Shown: positions 1-10,374, numbered from the stretch's first letter. The stretch: 55,947 bases of DNA from Candidatus Bathyarchaeia archaeon (GCA_037481775.1 JBBFKZ010000007.1:1-55947), one strand, 5' to 3'. Notes: a model not told the origin generated them from the letters alone. Numbers and translations are program-made.

Positions 1-306
1 GTGAGAAAAGCGCGAATCCGCTTAACAAGCACAGATTACAGCAAGCTGGAAGAGGTATGTGAGGAGCTGAAGAACATCGCGCAGAAGACAGGCGCTAAAA
101 TAAACGGGCCTGTTCCATTGCCCACTAAGCGGCTGCGCGTGCCCGTCTTGAAGGCGCCTTCAGGTGAGGGCACAGCCACATGGGATCACTGGGAAATGCG
201 TATCCACAAGCGTCTGATTGACATTGACTCGGAAGAGCGGGTTATGCGCCGTATTATGCGTATCAGAGTGCCTGAAGAAGTCCATGTGACAATAGAACTC
301 ATTTAG
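1..306 (+). CDS. rpsJ: 30S ribosomal protein uS10 (may be slightly 5'-truncated at the window edge)
   Basis: ARIRLTS...[22 protein letters not shown]...[12 protein letters not shown] is the archaeal S10 signature. Confidence 0.97.
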   Translation: MRKARIRLTSTDYSKLEEVCEELKNIAQKTGAKINGPVPLPTKRLRVPVLKAPSGEGTATWDHWEMRIHKRLIDIDSEERVMRRIMRIRVPEEVHVTIELI

Positions 307-311
307 GTTTT

Positions 312-1118
312 TTAATAGAAGTAGTAGACGTAATAGCCTATTATTGCCAGTGCCAAGCTAACGGCGAAAGCGATTGCCCAAACTGTTTTGTTCCAGTTGA
401 AAATTTTGTAGCCGTCAAGAAGGCCTATTGGAATTAGGTTAAAAACGGCAATGTATCCATTGAAAAAGGCGCCTATAGCAAATATCTGATAATATGGGGT
501 AGGCGCAAACGTTAATCCAATGAAAACAGCGGATAAAACAATGTTAGTGGCGGGTCCAGCGATTGAAATTTTTCCTATTTCCTTCATGTTTGTATGCCCC
601 GAAATCATTACGGCGCCAGGCGCGATTATTTTGAAAGGCAGAAAAATTGAAATAAACGTTAAGATGGCGCCCCAAAGGGTTAAACGAAACTCGGCCCATA
701 AACCGCGGCGTTGCGCGGTTAGTTTGTGCGCTATTTCATGTGTAAGAAAAGATGAAGTAATTATGGCGGCTATAGCAGAGAGAATGAAAGCCCAATTTGT
801 CGCACCTAAATAATCAAAACCGAAAGCCGTGCTGATGCCCATGACAAGCAAAGCACCTATTGCTATATGCTTCAGCTCTTTGGGGCTGAAGTATATGCGG
901 CCTTTGGCTTGGCGTGATGCGCCGTAAGTAACTCGGTACTCGTATGAAGCGGGTTCGTGAGATGCCGCATCGGCTTCTTCCCATCTTCGCACACGTGCAA
1001 GGTCCATTCGTGGGCAATCGTGGGCTTCGGGCAACCGATGCGTAGCGCAGAATTGGTCTCCGCAGTAAGGACACTGAAAAGGAAGAAACGTTTCTTCTCC
1101 GCATTTTCGGCACTTCAT
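312..1118 (-). CDS. AN1-type zinc finger fused to an M50 (site-2) intramembrane metalloprotease
   Basis: N-terminal CxxC..CxxC..FCxxHRLPExHxC; HEIAH zinc motif, AGP motif and NLIPIGLLDG; several TM helices. Confidence 0.88.
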   Translation of the reverse strand: MKCRKCGEETFLPFQCPYCGDQFCATHRLPEAHDCPRMDLARVRRWEEADAASHEPASYEYRVTYGASRQAKGRIYFSPKELKHIAIGALLVMGISTAFGFDYLGATNWAFILSAIAAIITSSFLTHEIAHKLTAQRRGLWAEFRLTLWGAILTFISIFLPFKIIAPGAVMISGHTNMKEIGKISIAGPATNIVLSAVFIGLTFAPTPYYQIFAIGAFFNGYIAVFNLIPIGLLDGYKIFNWNKTVWAIAFAVSLALAIIGYYVYYFY

Positions 1119-1287
1119 ATGTTACGCACGACTTTCATGGTAAAAAGCAAAGTAGGCGTTTATATGTTTCCCTATAGGTAGCAACGAAGCATTGCTGATG
1201 CAGGGTTGCCAAAGCCTTAAAGCATTCAAAACCAAAAATAAAGGGCGCAAGTAAACAATTTACATAGGGGAGGCGGACTGCTAAACT

Positions 1288-2493
1288 TTGAAGTCCTTCA
1301 GTTTTGTCCATGCTGCAGACTTGCACTTGGGCTATGCGCAGTATGGCTTAGAAGCGAGACGCGAAGACTTCGACAGAGCTTTCCAGGAGATAGTTGACGA
1401 AACCATCGAGTTAAAACCAGACTTCATGATTATTGCTGGCGACTTATTCCATCAGGCGCGCCCCTCGAATATCACGCTCGAGAACGCCATAAGAAACTTT
1501 AAGCGCTTAAGAGATGCGGGAATTCCGGTTTTAACAGTTGACGGCTCGCATGATGCAGCGCCCAACGCGATAACGGGCACGATTCTGTACCCGCTGGACA
1601 GCGCCGGCTTAATCTATCACTTGCCGAGACATGACGGCGCTTGCTGGCGTAAACCTGACTGCTGCTATATCTATGGCGTGCCCAATTTCCGCACGAGGCG
1701 AAAGACAGAGGAAGAGCTGCCAGCGTTTATGGAGCAGAATCCGCCTGCGCCTGATACAGCGGTTAGCAATATCTGCGTTTTTCACATGGCAGTGGATTTG
1801 CCAGGCGTGAAGCCGCCGTATATGGAGGCGGAAGCGCCGCCTGAGCTTTTACCCGACGGGTTTGACTACTACGCTGCAGGCCATATACATGAAACGGGCA
1901 CATGCAGGTTTAAAACTGGGCTTTTAGCATACAGCGGTTCCACGGAGACAGTGAGCTATGACGAAGCTGAGCATAAGAAGGGCTTCTTTCATGTTAAAGT
2001 TAACGCGAAAGGCGAATTCCAACCAGAGTTTATCGAGCTTCGTTCTCCGCGCAAGTTCAAGGTTATAGAGCAGGAATTTCAAAGCATGCCTTCTGCGAAA
2101 TTAACAGACATGGCAGTTCAGCTTGTCAAAAACGCGGATGAAGAAGGCGTCGTAATAATTCCCGTTTTAAAGGGCGTTTTGCCCGCCGAGGCAAGCCGCG
2201 CAGAAGTGGACGTAACCCGCATCCGCAGCGCTGCAGAGAAAGCCTTGCTGGTGCATCCGATTGTGATGCTCAAAGAAAGCGCTGTTCCCGACGAAATCGT
2301 GCGTTCAATATTCGAGAGCGAGTTTAAGGATTTGAAAACGAAGTCGTTTGAGTATTTTCTGCAGATTTTCAGTGACCGCTACAGCCGTGAAGAAGCAGAA
2401 AAAATTGCGCGTGCCGCTATAGCGCTGATAGAGCCCTTAACGAGGAAGCAGGACGAGCAGGTTAGGCAAGCTATTGAGGAGTTGCTGCGATGA
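1288..2493 (+). CDS. mre11: Mre11 DNA repair nuclease
   Basis: Phosphoesterase motifs ADLHLG, GDLFH, GSHD, GHIH, YSGS; overlaps the rad50 start. Confidence 0.93.
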   Translation: MKSFSFVHAADLHLGYAQYGLEARREDFDRAFQEIVDETIELKPDFMIIAGDLFHQARPSNITLENAIRNFKRLRDAGIPVLTVDGSHDAAPNAITGTILYPLDSAGLIYHLPRHDGACWRKPDCCYIYGVPNFRTRRKTEEELPAFMEQNPPAPDTAVSNICVFHMAVDLPGVKPPYMEAEAPPELLPDGFDYYAAGHIHETGTCRFKTGLLAYSGSTETVSYDEAEHKKGFFHVKVNAKGEFQPEFIELRSPRKFKVIEQEFQSMPSAKLTDMAVQLVKNADEEGVVIIPVLKGVLPAEASRAEVDVTRIRSAAEKALLVHPIVMLKESAVPDEIVRSIFESEFKDLKTKSFEYFLQIFSDRYSREEAEKIARAAIALIEPLTRKQDEQVRQAIEELLR

Positions 2494-4577
2494 AAATTGA
2501 AGTTGTTCAGTTAGAGAATATACGCTCGCACATAAAGTCCACAGTGCCTTTCACGCGGGGTTTCAACTGCCTCTTGGGTGGCGTGGGCACTGGAAAATCC
2601 AGTGTGCTTTATGCCATAGACTTCGCCTTGTTCGGTGAACCCCTCGGCAGAAGCTTTGAGTATCTGCTTCGCGAAGACGCTGATTCAGGCAAAATCACAG
2701 TGCAGTTCAGCCAAAATGGGCGAACCTACAGGATTGTCCGCGGGCTCAAAAGGCGTGGAAAAGGTATAAGCCAAGACCTCGAGGCACTTAAGCTGTTCGA
2801 TGATGAAAAGCTCTTGGCAAGCATGAAAACCGATGCCGTTGCTGAGCAGTTAAAGGCTATAACTGGGCTTGATAGGGAGCTTTACCGCGAAATAATGTGG
2901 GTTAGACAAGAGCATTTGAAGGAATTATTGGATGCGGCGCCCAGAGATAGGCAACGTCGATTGGATGAGCTTTTCGGTTTATCCGACTACGAGGTAGCTT
3001 GGAGTAACATGGCTGTTTACCAGCGTGATTATGAAACGGAGAAGAAAGTCTACGAGAAAGACGCCGACGTTGTGGGGTTGGAGAAGCTTAGCGCTGAATA
3101 CAACCGCATCACTGAGGAATTCATGCTTCTAGAAATGGAATTGCAAGACGCCGTAGGCAAGCTGGCTGGTGCCAAGAAAATTTTGGAGGTTGCGGATGAG
3201 AAGCTGAAGATGCTGGAAGAAAAAAAGACGCTGATAGAAGAGCTTAGAAGGAAAGAGGCAAAAACCCAAGCAAGCATCGCAAGCATACAGGAAGCTTTAG
3301 CTTCGCTTAGTCAGCGAGTTGAGGATAAAAAAACCATAATCGCCAACCTAAAGCAGCGCCAAAGCTCACTGGATTCGCAGATAGCCACACATAAATTGAC
3401 GCTTGAGCAGGCAGGCGTATTTGCGAGCCAGCCTGTTGAAGCGTTACGTCGGCAGCTGGCGGCTTTCGACGAGAAGCTTGCCAGTTTAAGAGCGGAGCAG
3501 GAAGCCACAATGCGGAATTTGCGGACTGACCAGAAGAGAACCGAGTCGCTGGCGCTGGAGAGCCGCTGTCCCCTGTGTTTGCAACCTCTGAATGACGAAT
3601 ACAAGAACGGCTTGACACAGAGAATCAAGCAAGAAAACATAGAAAGGCAAGGCATGATAGAAAAGCTGCAGATTGAAATCAAAAAATTGCAACGAACCAA
3701 GACTGCAGTGAACGAAGCGTTTTCGAACCTGCAGATGCTCACGACAAAAGCTGAGGACTTGAAGACAAGGCTAAGCGAAGAAGAAAAAACCCTCAAGGAC
3801 TTGACAAGTGAAATCGAGGCAAAACAGCAGCTTGAAATTGAATTGAATAGGGAGCTTGAGGCTTTACGATTTGAGATAGGCCGATTCGACTTATCGGATT
3901 TGGAAGAGGCCCGTCTACAGCGGGAACAAGCATTTAGGCAATATTACCGTTTGGAATCCGAGTTACGCACTAAAGAAAACCGCAAAAAAGACCTGCTGGC
4001 ACGCTTGGACGAGGTGAAGGAACGCATTGACCACGCGCAGGAAAAACTTGAGCGCATGCAGAGAATCGCTCGAACTCTTGAAGTTTTAAGCGCTATCCGC
4101 GACGCCTACAGAAGCATTCAGCCTAAACTGCGAAGTGAATTCGTGAAAGTGCTCCGCAACTTTGTGCAGCAAGTGCTTGACAGCCTAGTCGGCGGAGAAG
4201 CACCACTGCTAAACGTGATTGTGGATGAAACCTACACGCCTTACGTAAAAAGCGAAAGCGGCATCGAAAGGGATGTTGCCAACCTCTCAGGCGGAGAGCG
4301 GACGCTACTGGCTTTCGCCTACCGTCTTGGACTAGGCCAGCTTATCATGCAATCAAGAACGGGGCACAGCTTGAGCATGTTGGTGCTTGATGAGCCTACA
4401 GAGAGCCTCGGCAGCGAAGACGGCAGCATCGACCGTTTAGCCGAAGCCATCAGCCGCTTCAAGGCAATAGAACAGATAATTGCGGTGACGCACAGCGAGG
4501 CGTTTGCGGAAAAGGCGGAACACGTAATAATGCTTGAGAAGGAAGCGGGAATAAGCAAAATATCCCTAGAAAGATAG
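2490..4577 (+). CDS. rad50: Rad50 ATPase
   Basis: Walker A GTGKS, long coiled coil, CPLC zinc hook, LSGGE signature, Walker B LVLDEPT, VTH H-loop. Confidence 0.93.
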   Translation: MKIEVVQLENIRSHIKSTVPFTRGFNCLLGGVGTGKSSVLYAIDFALFGEPLGRSFEYLLREDADSGKITVQFSQNGRTYRIVRGLKRRGKGISQDLEALKLFDDEKLLASMKTDAVAEQLKAITGLDRELYREIMWVRQEHLKELLDAAPRDRQRRLDELFGLSDYEVAWSNMAVYQRDYETEKKVYEKDADVVGLEKLSAEYNRITEEFMLLEMELQDAVGKLAGAKKILEVADEKLKMLEEKKTLIEELRRKEAKTQASIASIQEALASLSQRVEDKKTIIANLKQRQSSLDSQIATHKLTLEQAGVFASQPVEALRRQLAAFDEKLASLRAEQEATMRNLRTDQKRTESLALESRCPLCLQPLNDEYKNGLTQRIKQENIERQGMIEKLQIEIKKLQRTKTAVNEAFSNLQMLTTKAEDLKTRLSEEEKTLKDLTSEIEAKQQLEIELNRELEALRFEIGRFDLSDLEEARLQREQAFRQYYRLESELRTKENRKKDLLARLDEVKERIDHAQEKLERMQRIARTLEVLSAIRDAYRSIQPKLRSEFVKVLRNFVQQVLDSLVGGEAPLLNVIVDETYTPYVKSESGIERDVANLSGGERTLLAFAYRLGLGQLIMQSRTGHSLSMLVLDEPTESLGSEDGSIDRLAEAISRFKAIEQIIAVTHSEAFAEKAEHVIMLEKEAGISKISLER

Positions 4578-4875
4578 CCCTTTACTCTGTATTCCAATTT
4601 CCCCACCTAATTTTTTCAACAAAAAGTGCTCAACACGAAACTTCTGGAACCACAGGCTTGGATATGCCGCTGGCGGCTTGGGCTGGCCCAAACCACCTGG
4701 CACTTGCTAAAAAATATTAATCCACCAAATAGGACAACTAGGAAGAACCCCACTCAAGAACGTATTCTCTTTTTCACAATCAAGCACCTATTTAACATCG
4801 GTTGTTTCTACAATACAAGGTTCCAGGTTTTTATACTGAAAAGCCTTTTCTTAGCCATAACTTCGTGAATACAAT

Positions 4876-4921
4876 ATATTTGGCGCATATTAGCAATTCA
4901 ATGCAGAAACCTATAGAGGGG
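4876..4921 (-). repeat. 46-bp dispersed intergenic repeat, copy A
   Basis: Reverse complement reads CCCCTCTATAGGTTTCTGCATTGAATTGCTAATATGCGCCAAATAT; 45/46 identical to 20776-20821. Confidence 0.9.
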
Positions 4922-5058
4922 CTATCACGGCGACAGCAGAAAGCATTTAAACCGCCAAAAGCGCATGAGATGGGAAACCTAAACAAGGTTTGGAGTGATG
5001 TTAAGCGCTAAACAATTATTAATTCTGTCACTCATACTCTTCTGTTGCGTGCGTTAAC

Positions 5059-5757
5059 GTGATAAAAAAGATCTTGACTGGCTGCAAATGCTTAGATCAC
5101 CGCTTGAGCGGCGGCGTATCTTCTGAGAGTGTTACTTTGATTTATGGAGAGCCCGAAACTGGGAAAACAACTCTGGCCATGCAATGCGCTGTAAATGGTG
5201 CTCTGCAAGGTTACAAGACGTTATTCATAGACTGCGATAACACGTTCTCCGCTGAAAGGCTTTCGCAGATCTCTGCAGGGAAATTCGAGGAAATCGCCGC
5301 CCTCATAATTCTGATGAAACCGAACGATTTCAGAGAGCAAACAGCCGTAATAGATCACCTACCTGATTATACTACCAAAAACTTTGGTTTGGTAATAATT
5401 GACACAGTCACCTCTTTGTATCGAGCTCAAATCGCTGAAGCAACTGGAAAAGTATTCGATCTCAATCGGGAATTGAACAGGCAGATGGCTGTTTTAGCGC
5501 AGACTGCAAAGACCCAAAAAATACCCATCATAGTAACCAGCCAGGTGAGAAGTGTCTTCAACGAATCCTACATCAGCGTGGCTCCTGTGGCTACCAGAGT
5601 TTTAAAATTCTGGGCTGACACAATAATCGCCATGAAGTCTACAGAAAACCCGCAGATCATTAGAGCCGTGCTCGAAAAAGCATACGGAAAAGCTCAAGAA
5701 GCAACATGCCATTTAAGAATAACTGGAACAGGAATACATGATTACCCGCTTCACTAG
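5059..5757 (+). CDS. radB: RadB-like RecA-family ATPase
   Basis: LTGCKCLDHRLSGG, Walker A GEPETGKT, Walker B LVIIDT; no N-terminal HhH domain. Confidence 0.85.
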   Translation: MIKKILTGCKCLDHRLSGGVSSESVTLIYGEPETGKTTLAMQCAVNGALQGYKTLFIDCDNTFSAERLSQISAGKFEEIAALIILMKPNDFREQTAVIDHLPDYTTKNFGLVIIDTVTSLYRAQIAEATGKVFDLNRELNRQMAVLAQTAKTQKIPIIVTSQVRSVFNESYISVAPVATRVLKFWADTIIAMKSTENPQIIRAVLEKAYGKAQEATCHLRITGTGIHDYPLH

Positions 5758-5771
5758 TGATGGTTGATTGA

Positions 5772-6266
5772 ATGGATATAGCAACAGTGATAATTGAAGC
5801 ATTAATTTTCATTTTCCCCGCCTACTGCGCAAACGCCGTGCCAGTTATAGCCGGGGGAGGACAACCAATGGATTTTGGAAAAAACTTTTTTGATGGAAAA
5901 CCAATTTTCGGGAAAAACAAGACTTACCGAGGTTTCTTTTTCGGTTTAGCCATCGGCATAACGGTGGGACTGGCAGAATGGGTACTTTTCGATTATCCTT
6001 TACTACTTAGCGTATTTTCCCCCTTGGGCGCTCTCTGCGGAGATCTAGGAGGCGCCTTTCTAAAAAGACGAATAGGAATTGCCCCAGGAGATTTACTGCC
6101 CATCGTTGACCAAGTGGACTTTGTGGTTGGCGCAATCGTCTTTTCGTTACCGTTTACCTCGATATCATGGGAGCTCGCAGCGGCGACTCTGATAATTACT
6201 CCGCCTATTCATCTGCTTACAAATCTTGTAGCCTATAAGTTGAAAATGAAAAAGAATCCATGGTAG
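5772..6266 (+). CDS. carS: CDP-archaeol synthase
   Basis: PAYCANAVPV, D.GK.FFDG..IFG.NKT.RG, GDL...FLKRR, DQVDF, HLLTN, terminal PW. Confidence 0.92.
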   Translation: MDIATVIIEALIFIFPAYCANAVPVIAGGGQPMDFGKNFFDGKPIFGKNKTYRGFFFGLAIGITVGLAEWVLFDYPLLLSVFSPLGALCGDLGGAFLKRRIGIAPGDLLPIVDQVDFVVGAIVFSLPFTSISWELAAATLIITPPIHLLTNLVAYKLKMKKNPW

Positions 6267-6273
6267 AAACTGC

Positions 6274-6723
6274 TTAAACTTTGATGTCGATTGCAAACTC
6301 GAGGAATATGTAGGCTAAAAGGAGTAATGTTACGCCTATAATTAGCATCATATATGCTTGTCTTGGCTTGTAAGCATATTTTGTGCTTTGGTAGATGGAT
6401 AGAAGCCCAACAAAACCCATCGCGTAAAGAGCGCTTGAAATAATAGTTTCCGACACGAATTGCTCCCCAAGCGCACTGCTACCCTGTAGTATGCGACTCC
6501 AAATAAAGTAGAAATTGTTACTTATGTATGCGTAGTAAGGCGGTTGTGTTGTAAGCGAGAATATTCCTCCGCCTAAAAGAAAAATTGCGTAAGCCATCAC
6601 TATTATGGAAATAATTACTGATGATGGCTGTGCTGTTGAGATTTTACGGAACCATCTGCTCAGTGAGAATGACATTGATGAAGCGGTTTTCTTAACTTTG
6701 TTAGACATCCTTTCTTTCCTCAT
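6274..6723 (-). CDS. OST3/OST6-family (OSTC/DC2-like) oligosaccharyltransferase accessory subunit
   Basis: Three TM segments; FLLGGGIFSLTTQPP and GEQFVSETIISSALYAMGFVGLL align by eye with eukaryotic OSTC motifs (GGIIYD..EPP; GQYIMEG..SS.LF.MGG.G). Confidence 0.72.
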   Translation of the reverse strand: MRKERMSNKVKKTASSMSFSLSRWFRKISTAQPSSVIISIIVMAYAIFLLGGGIFSLTTQPPYYAYISNNFYFIWSRILQGSSALGEQFVSETIISSALYAMGFVGLLSIYQSTKYAYKPRQAYMMLIIGVTLLLLAYIFLEFAIDIKV

Positions 6724-6958
6724 TGTTAAGTAGGTATCTTGCTATTTCCTTAGCCCATTCACCTGTTAAAGAGTTTTGCGCAATCTCACTTAAATATTCT
6801 TTCCAAGCAACATTCAGTGCCTTTCTCCAAACAGCATATTTCTTGATTATATTCTCATAAGCTTTTGAATGTAACAAGCAGAAATCTTTTCCTTGAGCCT
6901 CTCTTTCGCATATTTTGCACTTCAATTTTTCTCCCCCGTTCTCTCTTTCATTGGGCAT
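6701..6958 (-). CDS. Small hypothetical protein with CxxC...CxxH metal motif
   Basis: CKIC...FCLLH; overlaps both topA and the OSTC-like gene (operon-like). Confidence 0.75.
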   Translation of the reverse strand: MPNERENGGEKLKCKICEREAQGKDFCLLHSKAYENIIKKYAVWRKALNVAWKEYLSEIAQNSLTGEWAKEIARYLLNNEERKDV

Positions 6959-9009
6959 TTGGGATTAAGGCATAAATTCCACGGGCGTTTCCCCTTCAGC
7001 CACACGTGAACAGCTGGCCAACCACAATAGCTACAGACCTTACCAGCAGGTTTCACTAAACCTTTCTGCGGAAGTGGAAAAGCAGTTTTGCAAACGCCAG
7101 CCGAATAGTTCGTGCAGCCAACAAAGCGTTTGCCTGTTTTTTTCGAGTGAAAAACTACAAGTTTGCCGCTTTTGCAGATTGGGCATGCTCCGAGGATTCT
7201 GTCTTCCAGAACCGCTTTCTGTATGGCTTGACTCAAGCGTGCGCCTATTGCCTGCTCGTTTTCTTTAAGCTGCTTAATCACTGGTTCCAATAGCTTAACA
7301 GTGAGCTGTAACATGTTTTCTTTTGTCTCTTGTCCCTGTTGAATGTTATTCATTCTTTCCTCAAGGGCTCTCGTTAGCTCCACTGAAATAACGGTTGGAC
7401 AGTACTTTTTCAGAACATCAATAACTTCAAAACCCACATCAGTTACCACAATTTTTTCTCCACGAATATACTTTCTATCGTATAATGTTTGGATTATGCC
7501 CGCGCGGGTTGCTTTAGTTCCTATTTCTTCCGCCTCCATTTTTCGCAGAAGACTAGCTGGGTTGTATCTTGACGGCGGATTGGTGAACCTGGCTTCCAAA
7601 ATCACTTTTCTAACAGTTACTTTTTGCCCCTCTTGTATGCGCGGCAAGGGTTTGCTTTCTGACTGAACATAGGGTTCATAGAAGTGGCGCCAGCCTTCCG
7701 CCAGAATCTGCTTTCCGTTAAGATGAAACAAATTGCCATCAATGGTCAGGGTGGCTGTTACACTCTGCCACATTGCTGGCTCACCAAAAGCCGCCATAAA
7801 CCTTCTGGCAACAATGTCCCAAATGTTTCTTTCAGCACGATTTAGCTCGCGGTCAGGCAAATTTCCAGTAGGGTAGATGGCTGGGTGCGCCGGATCTTCT
7901 TTCATACCTTCGACCGGCTTCAAAACTGGTTTTGCAAGAAGCTCACTCGCTAGTTTCTTGTACTCCTCATTTCTGCCTATCCCTCGCAGTATTGCCTGAT
8001 AGCCAATCACCGGCGGCAGTTTTTGGCTGCTGGTTCTAGGATACGAAATTAAAGCATCCAAGTATAAACGTTGAGCAACTGCTGAAGTGCGCATCGGTGA
8101 GTACCTAAAAACGCGGTAAGTTTCACTCTGCAAGGAACCTAAATCAAAAGGCAAAGGCGGTGTTTGCTTGAACTCTTTTGTCGCTACTTTCTCTATTACA
8201 CCTGCCTTACCTTTGCAGGCGTCTATCACTGCTTCTGCTTCCGCCTTAGTTTCAACAACTTTCTTTGCGTAATCTGCTTCAAAAACTACGCCGTTAACTT
8301 CAACTTCTGCCTTTATGCGCCAGTAAGGCGTAGGCACAAAACACCTTATGCTTTTTTCCCGCGCAACCAGAAAGCGAAGCACAGGTCCCTGTACCCTTCC
8401 ACTGCTGAGTGTGGCGTATTTTCCGCTGTAGTTCTTTGCTGCCGTCGTTAAAGCGCGAGATAAGTTTATGCCATATAGCCAATCCACTTCATGTCTCGTC
8501 AGTCCTGCTTCTATGAGAGCGAAATCTAGGTGAGGCAGCCTTGCGGCGAATACTCTTTCCAGCTCCTCTTTTGTTAGCGTGGAATACTTCATGCGTTGCG
8601 CAGTTTTCTCCTTACTGCCACAAGCATACTTCAGTATGGTGTAGCCGATTATGCTTCCTTCAATATCGTAGTCGCATGCATCAACGAACTCGTCAGCGTG
8701 CTCAGCCAAGTTAGCGATAACCTTGATCCATGCACGTATCCGAGACGCACCTCGCTCAGCGATATATCGTGGAACCCACTGGTAATCAAAAACAGGATAA
8801 CCCTTTTTCTGGCTTGCAACCGTGTACAAGTGCCCTAATGCTGGAACAACAACTATATTTCCTTCCCTTTTCGCCAAATAGTAGGGAACACCATTTTCCA
8901 CAACTTTTTCAGCTTTCCCTTTCGCGTCTAATGCTGTGGCTATCCGGCTAGCTGCATCGGGCTTTTCAGTTATAATTAACGTATATTTCTCCAACAGTCT
9001 GTGAACCAC
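6922..9009 (-). CDS. topA: DNA topoisomerase I (type IA) with C-terminal zinc ribbons
   Basis: TEKP, D.D.EG Toprim motif, SGRVQ, active-site ISYPRT, GTKATR, C-terminal Cys clusters. Confidence 0.96.
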   Translation of the reverse strand: MVHRLLEKYTLIITEKPDAASRIATALDAKGKAEKVVENGVPYYLAKREGNIVVVPALGHLYTVASQKKGYPVFDYQWVPRYIAERGASRIRAWIKVIANLAEHADEFVDACDYDIEGSIIGYTILKYACGSKEKTAQRMKYSTLTKEELERVFAARLPHLDFALIEAGLTRHEVDWLYGINLSRALTTAAKNYSGKYATLSSGRVQGPVLRFLVAREKSIRCFVPTPYWRIKAEVEVNGVVFEADYAKKVVETKAEAEAVIDACKGKAGVIEKVATKEFKQTPPLPFDLGSLQSETYRVFRYSPMRTSAVAQRLYLDALISYPRTSSQKLPPVIGYQAILRGIGRNEEYKKLASELLAKPVLKPVEGMKEDPAHPAIYPTGNLPDRELNRAERNIWDIVARRFMAAFGEPAMWQSVTATLTIDGNLFHLNGKQILAEGWRHFYEPYVQSESKPLPRIQEGQKVTVRKVILEARFTNPPSRYNPASLLRKMEAEEIGTKATRAGIIQTLYDRKYIRGEKIVVTDVGFEVIDVLKKYCPTVISVELTRALEERMNNIQQGQETKENMLQLTVKLLEPVIKQLKENEQAIGARLSQAIQKAVLEDRILGACPICKSGKLVVFHSKKTGKRFVGCTNYSAGVCKTAFPLPQKGLVKPAGKVCSYCGWPAVHVWLKGKRPWNLCLNPKCPMKERTGEKN

Positions 9010-9206
9010 ACTTGCGCATTAAAATTACTTTCTTCTTCAAAAAGGTTTTACCAATAAGGCTTTTTTCGGGTTCGCCGAAAGCTGATAAAGCCTCAATGTA
9101 GATAACTACTAAAAAATGTTTATTAGTTGAATTCCAGCAAGTCTCTTTAGCATCGTCGGCTTTTTAAGCCGGTTATAAAAGTGAGCTTGCCAAGAGGAAC
9201 AAAGCA

Positions 9207-10184
9207 ATGTTTGAGGAACTAGGCCTAATAGGTAACTTCGCAATTCTTCTTGGGACATTGGCTATTCTGGCCAAAGCTAGTGAAACGACAATAACGCATG
9301 CTTTAAACGTGGCAAGCGTCACGAGGCTGGGAAAAACAACTATAGGCTTCATACTTGTAGCCTTCTCCACGTCTCTCCCTGAATTTTTTGTTGCTGTGTT
9401 TTCAACAGTAAACCCTGAAAACGTTGGAGTGTCAATTGGAAACGTTTTAGGCGCCAACATTTCTAACATCTGCCTCATACTCGGCGCGTGTTTCTTTCTT
9501 TTTGCACTGAAAAACCCACGGGGCTCCTTTTTTCTACCTAAAATGGCGAAAGAAGAAATAAGCAGCCTCCACTTTGGTCTGTTCATAGCGTCTGTTGTTC
9601 CATTGGTGCTGCTTTATCTGCAGCATGTCAGCCGTTTTATCGGCATCATCCTTTTAATAATATTCATGTTCTACATGTACAAGCTTTCCAAAAGCGGCAC
9701 TCCTGAAGCAGAATCACCCTCACGAGCAGAAAAACGCAAACTTAGAAATTACCTAACCCTCACATTTCTCGGTGCTATAGGAGTTGTTATCTGTGCTTTT
9801 TTCATAGTTGAATCAGCATCTAACATCGCAGAAAGCATTGGGCTTCCAGCAATCATCATAGGCGCCACACTCGTCTCTTTTGGCACAACTATGCCTGAAT
9901 TCGCAACCAGCATAAGCGCCGTAAGAAAAGGACACTTGGAGCTTGCATTAGGCAACATAGTTGGAAGCTGTTTTGTGAACATTACCCTGATTCTAGGCAT
10001 TACTTTGACAGCGACAGCCTTCGGAATAGACACCGGCGGGTTTTCCAATGTCGCACTCTTCTCGTTGATGGCAAATCTTCTCCTATGGTATTTCTTGTCT
10101 AGCGAAAAAATAGGCTGGCGAGAAGCCGCAATTTTACTTTTCATGTACGCGCTATTCCTCTCAATTAGTTTTGGTGCACTATAA
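9207..10184 (+). CDS. Na+/Ca2+ (CaCA, YrbG-like) antiporter
   Basis: Two alpha repeats STSLPE...GNVLGANI.N and GTTMPE...GNIVGS..N. Confidence 0.9.
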   Translation: MFEELGLIGNFAILLGTLAILAKASETTITHALNVASVTRLGKTTIGFILVAFSTSLPEFFVAVFSTVNPENVGVSIGNVLGANISNICLILGACFFLFALKNPRGSFFLPKMAKEEISSLHFGLFIASVVPLVLLYLQHVSRFIGIILLIIFMFYMYKLSKSGTPEAESPSRAEKRKLRNYLTLTFLGAIGVVICAFFIVESASNIAESIGLPAIIIGATLVSFGTTMPEFATSISAVRKGHLELALGNIVGSCFVNITLILGITLTATAFGIDTGGFSNVALFSLMANLLLWYFLSSEKIGWREAAILLFMYALFLSISFGAL

Positions 10185-10374
10185 ACCAGACAAAAAACTC
10201 GTGATGGCATCATCGGCTTGCAACATATTTTGAATAACAAAATGTCAGAGTACACCGGTAACCTACTTGCCTTTAATGCTTCTGGCTAAAAATGCTGTAG
10301 CACAAATTTAAAAGCTCACTATAGGTCAATAAAATAGGCAATAACGAAAACTCGCAAGCAAAGGTGGTTATACT

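Noticed and set aside
4600-5011. ORFs 4626-4868 and 4802-5011, and short minus-strand frames between rad50 and radB
   Set aside because: No motifs or convincing starts; one overlaps the 46-bp repeat; a decayed gene cannot be supported
9064-9080. Hairpin TTTCGG-GTTCG-CCGAAA between divergent topA and antiporter genes
   Set aside because: Only a 6-bp stem in single copy; could be chance
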